Shown here: piece after piece, positions 37,547-45,807 of the stretch
How positions within the stretch are numbered: the stretch's first letter is position 1
Layout of the letters: each line of letters begins with the position of its first letter
Assembly: GCA_965261125.1 (NCBI GenBank)
Contig: CBDHCS010000007.1
Coordinates: 254,343 to 318,342 of the forward strand
DNA: 64,000 nt
Source: Candidatus Poribacteria bacterium
GTDB lineage: Bacteria; Poribacteria; WGA-4E; WGA-3G
Reading direction: 5' to 3'
Position numbers and translations under genes: made by a program
Notes under the pieces: generated by a model
What the model was told of the DNA's origin: nothing
The model's input: the letters and a program-made list of their open reading frames with translations, nothing else
The model's database searches: none

Positions 37547-40204
37547 CTACCACATCCAACGCTTCCTACCTCCGAAACTACGTATGAGCTTTGCAGAGCT
37601 ATATGAATGAGATCGATCTGCTATGCGTAAAGGTGTATGACCCCATTTATCCTTGGCATTGACATCCGCCCCGTTTTGTAATAAGATTTCAACCGCGTTA
37701 TGAGAATTGTCTTTGTCCGCAGATGCTGCCCAATGTAGCGGTGTCTTATCATCTTCATCTTTAGCGTTGATATGAGCACCCTTTTCTAAGAATAGCCCAA
37801 TTTTTTTATACGCATTTCCCCAGGCAGCACAATGCAAAGGTGTATAACCTCCTTCGTACTTGATGTTAACATCAGTGATATTGTTCAACAAGAGCTCCAG
37901 TGTCTCTTGTGCACTTTTACGGCGCATTTGATATTTTTCGTATAAATTAGAAAAACTTTGCATATTTGCGTTTTGTCTGGCTGCCCTGTACAGTGGGGTC
38001 TTACCAAATTGCCCTTTTGCGTTGAAGTCAGCTCTGTTTTCCAAAAAAACCGCCACCATTTCATATAGGCCTTTATCTGCAGCTAAGTGTAAAGGTGTAT
38101 CACCACTATTATCCTTTGCATTGACATCAGCTCCGTTTTTTAGTAACACTATCACAGCCTCACGTATATTTGTATGTACCATCGTCATGCTTTTATCTAC
38201 ATCAAACTCTCCATATAACCCTTGATCTACATCTGCGCTCGCAACCCAATGCAGCGGTGTTTGATTAATCTGGTCTTTTATATTAACATCGGCACCGTGT
38301 TGTAATAAAATAGACATTGCCTTGTAACCACGCGAGTATACCACGGATCGCATCGGAGCGTTGGGATCAGCACCATTTTCCAACAAGAAAGTCATTTTCT
38401 TAAGGAGTTTTTTCTCAGCTTCCTCATTATTCTTATATGCAGAAAATCTTGATATTCTACATAAGGAAGTTTCCCCATTCTTGGCTTTTTCGTTGATATT
38501 GACACCGTTTTTCAACAAAATCAACACTGTTTCACGTATATCTTCCACGGATTTGTCATTTACCACCGCACAGTGTAAAGGTGTATCACCGTTTCTATTC
38601 TTCACATTGATATCAATACCATTTTGCAGTAATACATTTATTGCTTCTGGAGAATTTGCGGTTGCAGCCCAGTGCAATGGCGCGTCATCATGACCACGGC
38701 GAATTGGGGTTACGCCATTATTGTTTCTTGCGTTAATATCAGCACCATTTTGCAGCAAAACCACCAATGTGTCTAACGTCTGTGCTCTCACTGCCCAGTG
38801 CAGTGGCGTGTCACCTTTATTGTCTCTTGCGTTGATATCCGCACCATTTTGTAGCAACATCAGCATCTGATGTGTATTTTTTTTACTCACAGCCTGGTGG
38901 AGTGGGGAGGCACCATTATTATCTCTTGCATCAACATCAATATAATCAACAATATAGTTGTTAGGTAAAGTTCCAACTGTTCTTGCAGCAACATTACAAG
39001 AAATGGGAACTGTCAAATTACCTCCACTCGTATTGATGATTAGTGATGTTTGATGTGTCTTGTTAGATATAAGAAGACTCGTATCCAATTCAACGATAAC
39101 AACGGTATCACCGCGGATATTAGGCGGTGAAATATTAAGACCTGATATTTTGTTAGTCAATTCTACATTACCATAAAGAAATCCACGGTTGACGTTCTTA
39201 ATCTCTAAATGCATGATTTTCCGGGTTTCTGCATGGACTTCACCGAAATTAATGTGGGTATGATTGACCTCTAGCTTGGGTTTCTCAATCTTCGGGTTAA
39301 GGTATTGAACAAATTCCTCCAAACCGATGTCCTGTTCGGTATTATAACGATTGATTATGTTTTTAGCTGCATTTGCTAATTGTCCTTTTTTAGTGTGCTC
39401 AAACCAGAGATCAAGGAAGCCATTGTAAAGCAATTCCTTTGCTTGTTCCCAATTCTCATCAATCAAACATGTTATTTCATGAGGTGTTTCAGCTTCATTT
39501 CCTCGTATCTGAAATTTCAATTTTCCCTGAAGGATTTGCACCATCGCGAGAAACCCCATATTCTGATTATCAGGAAATTTACTTATAATCGTCCCTGCTG
39601 CTTTGGCAAAATTCATCTCACCTGCTTCATTGAAGTATTGTTCCAAACTACCTGAATAAAGTATTTCAACCGCATCAAGGTGATTCTTCTCCATCAAGGT
39701 TGCTAACTGCTGGATGGTAGTGGCTTCATCACCGTTAGGGAATTTGAAGATGGGACGCGTATCTTCTTCTAAAGTCTGACTATTCTCATCATATTGGAAC
39801 ACGGCAATGTGTTCACTTCGCTTTTGTGGGTTTTTTAGAGTATCACGCGCTTGGTTCAAAACTGCTCGCCACTGTTCCTCTGTTCTACCATCAGGACGCA
39901 CACGACCACCAGCATTCAGAGATTCACGGTAAAGTTTTTTATGTGCAGCATCAACTTTAGATGTAATAGTAGATTCATTTTGATTCTGAAAATCTTCTAT
40001 AGAAAATCCCAATACCTCAAAATAGTTTTCCTTTTCCCCGATGACCAATGCTGCGGCTTTCAGGATTTCAACAGCATCATCAACGGAAAGATCATGCTGT
40101 TGTACTGCCCTGCGTAGAAGACCCTTGCGTTGTTCCTCTGTGATAGTTGCTGAAACCGATTTTAAATCATCTATGAATGCAATAAATTCATCGCGTTTAG
40201 ACAT
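37547..40204 (-). CDS. J-like (HPD-less) N-module protein with a central unknown region, a beta-sandwich-like segment and a long ankyrin-repeat array
   Basis: N-terminal MSKRDEFIAFI...NYFEVLGFS...[43 protein letters not shown]. More than 10 ankyrin units (GASPLHQAV..LLQNGADINARDNKGDTPLHWAV...). Confidence 0.85.
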   Translation of the reverse strand: MSKRDEFIAFIDDLKSVSATITEEQRKGLLRRAVQQHDLSVDDAVEILKAAALVIGEKENYFEVLGFSIEDFQNQNESTITSKVDAAHKKLYRESLNAGGRVRPDGRTEEQWRAVLNQARDTLKNPQKRSEHIAVFQYDENSQTLEEDTRPIFKFPNGDEATTIQQLATLMEKNHLDAVEILYSGSLEQYFNEAGEMNFAKAAGTIISKFPDNQNMGFLAMVQILQGKLKFQIRGNEAETPHEITCLIDENWEQAKELLYNGFLDLWFEHTKKGQLANAAKNIINRYNTEQDIGLEEFVQYLNPKIEKPKLEVNHTHINFGEVHAETRKIMHLEIKNVNRGFLYGNVELTNKISGLNISPPNIRGDTVVIVELDTSLLISNKTHQTSLIINTSGGNLTVPISCNVAARTVGTLPNNYIVDYIDVDARDNNGASPLHQAVSKKNTHQMLMLLQNGADINARDNKGDTPLHWAVRAQTLDTLVVLLQNGADINARNNNGVTPIRRGHDDAPLHWAATANSPEAINVLLQNGIDINVKNRNGDTPLHCAVVNDKSVEDIRETVLILLKNGVNINEKAKNGETSLCRISRFSAYKNNEEAEKKLLKKMTFLLENGADPNAPMRSVVYSRGYKAMSILLQHGADVNIKDQINQTPLHWVASADVDQGLYGEFDVDKSMTMVHTNIREAVIVLLKNGADVNAKDNSGDTPLHLAADKGLYEMVAVFLENRADFNAKGQFGKTPLYRAARQNANMQSFSNLYEKYQMRRKSAQETLELLLNNITDVNIKYEGGYTPLHCAAWGNAYKKIGLFLEKGAHINAKDEDDKTPLHWAASADKDNSHNAVEILLQNGADVNAKDKWGHTPLRIADRSHSYSSAKLIRSFGGRKRWMW

Positions 40205-40265
40205 CTATTCGTTTCTCTTCAAAATTAGCGTGTTTACACTATACCCAAATGTTGTCAGATAAGAA

Positions 40266-41486
40266 TTATAACAATACAGATTTAACACAACGAAAGCCAA
40301 TCTCAGGGTTCGTGAGTCGAGGGTGGTTGGGACAGCGGTTAGAGATACCCACGTCTTGAACTGTAGTGACCCAAGAGCCACCCCGCAAAACACGGGGTTT
40401 TTTAATACTTTTGAAATTGTTTGTCACACTTATGATATTTTCATCTGATAACAGATTCCGGCGTGGAAAACTCCCATAAAATCCATACTCATCAAGACAC
40501 CATTCCCACACGTTTCCCACCATATCGTATAAATCGTACCCGTTCGGAGGATAATTCCCTATGGGTGTAGTTGAACCGACATTTTTGCCATAGTTTGCCT
40601 TATTAGTATCTATCAAATCGCCCCATGGATATTTTTGATCTACCAATCCACCACGTGCTGCCTTTTCCCATTCTGCCTCTATCGGTAAACGCTTGCCTAA
40701 CCACTCGGCATAAGCCATCGCCGCATACCAACTAATATGGACAACTGGATGCTCAGCTTTGTCCTCCGGGTAATCGTTCCCATTCCAGTGGTGAAGGTAG
40801 TAACTATCGTGGTACGCGGCGGAAAGAAATTTTGTAACTCCTTTCGGTTTCCTCCATCGTGGGTTAGCATCAACAAATGTCTTGTATTGTGCATTGGTTA
40901 CCGGATACTTGTCCATATAGAATGCGTCTACAAAAACGGTATGTATTGGCTGTTCATCACTAAATGATTCATTATCATTACTACCCATTTGCATTTGGAA
41001 CTCACCTGCTGAAATAAGCTCCATGTTATCAAGATATAATGGAGCTAATGGTGTTTCTACCGATTCTTCACCATGCTGGTAAATCTCAAGGTGCGCGCGT
41101 CGTTTTTGTGGGTCTATTAGCGCATCACGCGCTTGATTCAGAATTGTTCTCCACTGTTCTTCTGTCCTACCATCGGCGCGGGGACGACCACCTGCCCTTA
41201 ACGATTCACTGTAAAGTTTTTTGTGTGCTGTCTCAACGCGATTTGCAATGACCGATTCGCTTTGGTTTTCAAACTCTGGAGCAGATAAACCCAAGACCTC
41301 AAAATAATCAATCTGCTCACCGACAACTAATCCTGATGCATCAAGAATATCATTCGCCTCTTCAACAGTAAGATCATGCTGCTGGACCGCTTGTCGGAGA
41401 AATCCTTTGCGTTGTTCGTTAGAAATAGATGGTGAAGCATTTCTAACCGCCTGAATAATTGTAATAAATTCATCGCGTTTGGACAT
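40266..41486 (-). CDS. J-like (HPD-less) N-module protein fused to an FGE-sulfatase (SUMF1/formylglycine-generating-enzyme-like) domain
   Basis: It has the same N-module as its neighbours. C-terminal FYMDKYPVTNAQYKTFV...HPVVHISWYAAMAYAEWLGKRLPIEAEWEKAARGG...GNVWEWCLDEY...RVLRGGSW...GFRCV. Confidence 0.85.
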   Translation of the reverse strand: MSKRDEFITIIQAVRNASPSISNEQRKGFLRQAVQQHDLTVEEANDILDASGLVVGEQIDYFEVLGLSAPEFENQSESVIANRVETAHKKLYSESLRAGGRPRADGRTEEQWRTILNQARDALIDPQKRRAHLEIYQHGEESVETPLAPLYLDNMELISAGEFQMQMGSNDNESFSDEQPIHTVFVDAFYMDKYPVTNAQYKTFVDANPRWRKPKGVTKFLSAAYHDSYYLHHWNGNDYPEDKAEHPVVHISWYAAMAYAEWLGKRLPIEAEWEKAARGGLVDQKYPWGDLIDTNKANYGKNVGSTTPIGNYPPNGYDLYDMVGNVWEWCLDEYGFYGSFPRRNLLSDENIISVTNNFKSIKKPRVLRGGSWVTTVQDVGISNRCPNHPRLTNPEIGFRCVKSVLL

Positions 41487-41584
41487 TCGGTATGCCTCTT
41501 TCTAAAAATTGATACAAACAAATATGTATTGTTGCTGTTTCTCAGAAATTTATCTGAGCCAATAAGCATCGTATAATCTTAACC

Positions 41585-42958
41585 TTAACTACTGGGTGTG
41601 AGATTCCACAGACGTACATCTTTGTCCGTACTACAAGTAGCAAGAGTCCTGCCATCAGGCGAATACGCAAGCGATTTAACCAAAGATGAGTGCCCTGTAA
41701 GAGTATCTTTAGGTTGTCCAGTAACAGCATCTAACAAATAAACTGTTCCAAAAAAACTTCCATAGGCGAGAGTGAGATTATCGGGGGAATACGCTACTGA
41801 ACTAACCCAAGATAAGTATCCAGAGAGAGGGATTTTGGGTTCTCCAGTAGTAGCACTCCACTCAAGAACTTTTCCATAGATACAAGTACTCGTAACTACT
41901 TTACTATCAGGTGAATACACTACAAAACTTGCGCTATGCTTATGACCTGTAAGCGTGTGTATATTTTGACATGTAATAGCATCCCATAAACGAACTGTCC
42001 TATCATAACCTGCACTTACGATCATCTTACCATCGGGCGAATACGCTACTGAACTAATCCAATTCTTATGTCCTCTGAGATCGTATTTGAATTGTCCTGT
42101 GGCAGCATCCCACAAACGAACTGTCCTATCATAACTTGCACTTGCGATCATCTTACCATCGGGCGAATACGCTACTGAACTAATGTTGTCCTTATGTCCA
42201 CTCAGGGCGTTTTTGAGTTTTCCAGTGGTAGTGTCCCACAAACACACTATGCTGTCATAACTCACACTGACGAGTGTCTTACCATCAGGTGAATATGCTA
42301 TTGAACTGACGGTGTCTTTGTGTCCAGTGAGAGTATTTTTAGATTTTCCTGTGACAGCATCCCATAGATATATTGTCTTGTCTGCACCGCCACTTGCAAC
42401 GGTAGTCCCATCAGGTGAAAACGCAACGGAATAGACAATGTCCTCATGTGCTGTAAAAACTACATTTCTTGCTTGAATTGGAGGTTTCACGGTAGCACCG
42501 TTTGAATTTAGAAAAATATCTTCGTTAGATTCTCTACCTTCCGTGTCATTCAGCTCCGCAATATGTTCATATCTTTTTTTCGGATCACTAAGAATATCTC
42601 GCGCTTGATTCAGAATTGTTCGCCACTGCTCCTCTGTTCTACCATCAGCGCGAGGTCGACCGCCTGCTCTCAATGACTCAGCATACAGTTTTTTGTGCGC
42701 CGCTTCAACGCGGGATGTAACGTCCGATTCGCTTCGGTTTTTAAGTTTAGAAAATGATAAACCCAGAACCTCAAAATAATCAACTTGCTCACCGATAGCC
42801 AATCCCGATGCATTGAGGATATTAGATGCTTCATCAAAGGTAAGACCGTGCTGCTGAATCCCTAATCGCAGAAAACCTTTGCGTTGTTCATCGGTAATTG
42901 TTGGGGAAGCAGTTTTGAGGGTATTGATAAATGATATAAATTCCTCACGTTTGGACAT
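41585..42958 (-). CDS. J-like (HPD-less) N-module protein fused to a 7-bladed WD40 propeller
   Basis: By homology with the two paralogs, the start is the [11 protein letters not shown] at 42958 (the track starts at 42979). There are seven units of the type [24 protein letters not shown]....L.GH. Confidence 0.85.
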   Translation of the reverse strand: MSKREEFISFINTLKTASPTITDEQRKGFLRLGIQQHGLTFDEASNILNASGLAIGEQVDYFEVLGLSFSKLKNRSESDVTSRVEAAHKKLYAESLRAGGRPRADGRTEEQWRTILNQARDILSDPKKRYEHIAELNDTEGRESNEDIFLNSNGATVKPPIQARNVVFTAHEDIVYSVAFSPDGTTVASGGADKTIYLWDAVTGKSKNTLTGHKDTVSSIAYSPDGKTLVSVSYDSIVCLWDTTTGKLKNALSGHKDNISSVAYSPDGKMIASASYDRTVRLWDAATGQFKYDLRGHKNWISSVAYSPDGKMIVSAGYDRTVRLWDAITCQNIHTLTGHKHSASFVVYSPDSKVVTSTCIYGKVLEWSATTGEPKIPLSGYLSWVSSVAYSPDNLTLAYGSFFGTVYLLDAVTGQPKDTLTGHSSLVKSLAYSPDGRTLATCSTDKDVRLWNLTPSS

Positions 42959-43049
42959 ACGTTTGTTCCTTCTGTTCAAACTTAGGAGATTATAGAAATC
43001 GCACCATAAATTGTTTCTGTCAAAAAGTGGTTATTTTAAGAATCCATGC

Positions 43050-44645
43050 CTATTCAACTACGAGGTCTTGTAGATCAGTTTTTGCTTGTGCCACTTCCTC
43101 TTCATTGAGCGTTGGTCGATCAATAATCGAAAAAATGTCATAAATAGCCGTTGCACCTTCGTTAGAGAGAGATGTGGCAGTGACCTCAAGATTCTGGTCC
43201 AAGTTATACTTGTAGATGACTTCAATTGGAGACCCTTGAGGTAAACCTGGGGGCAGTTTGAGCGTACATTCACCCAATTTATATTCATCAAATAGGTCAA
43301 TTTCGTCCTTGAGTTGTTCCTGTTCAAGCCCTTGTACCACCTCAATTAAAACGGAAGGTTGATTGTGATCCACCGTCAAAAACTTATCCGCTATTTCGCA
43401 CGGAACAGCAGTCATTTTAGGAATCATCACGTGAATAATATGCTCGCGTTGAGAGTTGAGAACGACGAGTCCGAGATTATGTGTAGCACCATCGGTTACA
43501 GTCACTTTCGGAGCGCCGTCTGGTCCAATAAACCGTTCAATGACAGCGTCCGGCATATCTGTTGTTTCGGTGCTTCCTTCGGATATTTGGCGGAGTGTTC
43601 CCTGAATTGCTGCACCGATGGCGACAACTTCGTCCGGATTGACTTCATACGGGTTGATCTCTTTACCACTAATTGTGGCAATCATCTGCTGCACCATAGG
43701 CATCCGAGTTGAGCCACCTACCAGCAGGATTTTGTCAATATCTGTCCACGTCATTTCTGCTTCGGAAAGGACAACATCACACAAAACTCGGCATCTTTCA
43801 AGGAGATTATCAGTCAATTCCTCGAACTTTCCGCGCTCCAGTTCCACACGGGTTGTTTTCCCGTTGTAACCACAAACGATCAATGCTCGCTGCCGCTGCG
43901 ACAAAGATTCTTTCGCAGCAATCGCATCAAGTTGAAGGTCTTGGTACGTATGAAGGTCTTCTAACGGATTTTCTCCGTGTTCAATTTCAAACATCTCAGC
44001 GACGTGCGTGATGATTTTATCGTCCCAATCCTTACCGCCGAGCCGATGGTCACCATTCGTTGCGAGCATCTGAATTTCTGATTCGGAAACTTTCATGATG
44101 GTTACGTCAAACGTTCCGCCTCCAAGGTCAAATACGAACACATTTTGGTTACTGCCCAATTGATCAATACCGTAGGCAAGCGCAGCGGCTGTAGGTTCGT
44201 TCAGCACTTGCAGCACATTCAAACCAGCGATTTTTCCAGCGTTGCGAGTCGCTTCACGTTCAGCATCATGAAAATAGGCAGGGACAGTGATAACCGCATC
44301 CGTAATTTCTTCATTCAGATATGCCTCTGCATCCTGCTTGAGTTTTGTCATAATAAGTGCTGAGAGTTCTTCGGGGGAGTAGTCTTTCCCATCAAATGAA
44401 CGAAAGAATTCCGACTTGGATTTACCCATTTCACGTTTCACGAATTCTACGATCTGTTCAGGAACTGCTCTGGCGTTCTGCTTGGCGATTTTCCCGACAG
44501 TTACGAGATTGTCCTCAAACAGGACTACCGATGGCGTAATACGATCACTTTCTAAATTCGGAATAATCTCTGGTTGACCATGCTCATTGATATGTGCTAT
44601 CACAGAGAATGTCGTGCCAAGATCAATCCCAACAACTTTACCCAT
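43050..44645 (-). CDS. Hsp70-family ATPase, short (about 531 aa), lacking most of the helical lid
   Basis: Strong AGGAAGGAGG RBS 7 nt before the ATG at 44645. VVGIDLGTTFSV, DLGGGTFDVTIM and ILLVGGSTRMPMV actin-fold motifs. A beta-sandwich SBD is followed by only ~25 residues. Confidence 0.9.
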   Translation of the reverse strand: MGKVVGIDLGTTFSVIAHINEHGQPEIIPNLESDRITPSVVLFEDNLVTVGKIAKQNARAVPEQIVEFVKREMGKSKSEFFRSFDGKDYSPEELSALIMTKLKQDAEAYLNEEITDAVITVPAYFHDAEREATRNAGKIAGLNVLQVLNEPTAAALAYGIDQLGSNQNVFVFDLGGGTFDVTIMKVSESEIQMLATNGDHRLGGKDWDDKIITHVAEMFEIEHGENPLEDLHTYQDLQLDAIAAKESLSQRQRALIVCGYNGKTTRVELERGKFEELTDNLLERCRVLCDVVLSEAEMTWTDIDKILLVGGSTRMPMVQQMIATISGKEINPYEVNPDEVVAIGAAIQGTLRQISEGSTETTDMPDAVIERFIGPDGAPKVTVTDGATHNLGLVVLNSQREHIIHVMIPKMTAVPCEIADKFLTVDHNQPSVLIEVVQGLEQEQLKDEIDLFDEYKLGECTLKLPPGLPQGSPIEVIYKYNLDQNLEVTATSLSNEGATAIYDIFSIIDRPTLNEEEVAQAKTDLQDLVVE

Positions 44646-45342
44646 TGGCGTTACCTCCTTCCTCATTTAAAGGAGATTCATCTGCGGCAGATGTATAACG
44701 AAAAATTGTCACCTCTTCTGGTCGGAACACTTTATCTCGCCAGTTAAACCCGACTTTGTGAACTTCCGCCACTTTTCCATCCTGTTTTGGATCATCGGAT
44801 GATATTACTTTGCGCGTTTTGTGTAACTGCCGATCAAGTGTCTCCAGGGATTCCTTATAGGGTGTTACATCCATGCGGTATAACACTTCTTCCAGTTTAA
44901 ACCGGAAGTTTTCTAAATTCTTCCTATATTGTGACAGTTCTTCTAAGAGCATGCTCTCCTCTTTATCAGTGAGGATGTCATCAAGTTGAGATTCTATAGA
45001 TAGAAAACTATCGTAAAGTTGGATGAGATTGTGGATAATCGGTTTGTGAAGCACCTCAAGCAGAAAACTCTCTTTATAGTCCTTCATTTCAGTGTACATT
45101 TTGTCAAACATCTGGGTTTGATTCTGGTTGCGGGCAATTTGTTTTTCAAATAAGTCTTGCAACGCAGCCAAAGTCTGATTTATTTCTATGAGTGCATTTG
45201 CTTGCGGTATTTCTAAGTCATCCGTATCCGTTTGCGGATCAGTCTCAACAGGACCTGTGTTTTCTTCCAAATATAAATCTTCATCTGTATTCACATCAGT
45301 CTGGACACTGATATCGTTATTTCCATTCACTTGCTTACTCAA
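44638..45342 (-). CDS. GrpE-like nucleotide exchange factor (divergent)
   Basis: The C-terminal KVAEVHKVGFNWRDKVFRPEEVTIF matches the GrpE beta-domain pattern (V..V...G......v.RPa.V.v), with a long helical region upstream. The proposed TTG start at 45342 lies 7 nt after AAGGAGAG. The stop overlaps the Hsp70 start by 8 nt. Confidence 0.65.
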   Translation of the reverse strand: MSKQVNGNNDISVQTDVNTDEDLYLEENTGPVETDPQTDTDDLEIPQANALIEINQTLAALQDLFEKQIARNQNQTQMFDKMYTEMKDYKESFLLEVLHKPIIHNLIQLYDSFLSIESQLDDILTDKEESMLLEELSQYRKNLENFRFKLEEVLYRMDVTPYKESLETLDRQLHKTRKVISSDDPKQDGKVAEVHKVGFNWRDKVFRPEEVTIFRYTSAADESPLNEEGGNANG

Positions 45343-45406
45343 AATTGAACTCTCCTTGCAACAAAGGTTTTCTTGGAGGCGGTACTGTTTAGTAAAGTCT
45401 CTTTTG

Positions 45407-45435
45407 ATTATACAATGGATTAGGTGGAATGTCAA
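45407..45435 (-). promoter_or_regulatory. Consensus sigma70 promoter of the GrpE-Hsp70 operon
   Basis: On the minus strand: TTGACA (45435-45430), a 17-nt spacer, TATAAT (45412-45407). The -35 element coincides with the ORF-track start codon, which argues for the downstream TTG start. Confidence 0.6.
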
Positions 45436-45807
45436 CTATAGCAATGTCTCAATTACAAAGATTATAGTAGCATCCACAATTAAGTTCACACATGAAAAGC
45501 AGATATAGCGTGATTTTGAACGCCACATCTGCTGGACTTCACTATAAAACTATACTTTTTTTGAGGTGAAGCATGACAAGAAAACTATCTTGCCACTTGA
45601 TAAATATGTTAGCAGAAGTGCCAGACTCACGCAACAATAACCCTGCTAAAAATGGTATAACCTTGACTTTTGCCCTGAAATGTGATAAAATTCCAGACAA
45701 AATAAAACGGTATTGCCACATAAAGGAGACACCGAATTTTGGCGTTGTAGGGTGAGATTTGTGGATCTATTTTAAAGTACAAGCCAAAACTTACTGTTTG
45801 ACATAAC

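Noticed and set aside
45436-45807. Small ORFs 45573-45755 (+) and 45627-45809 (-) between the Hsp70 operon promoter and cimA
   Set aside because: They mutually overlap and have no RBS or motifs. The region is better explained as divergent promoter and leader DNA.
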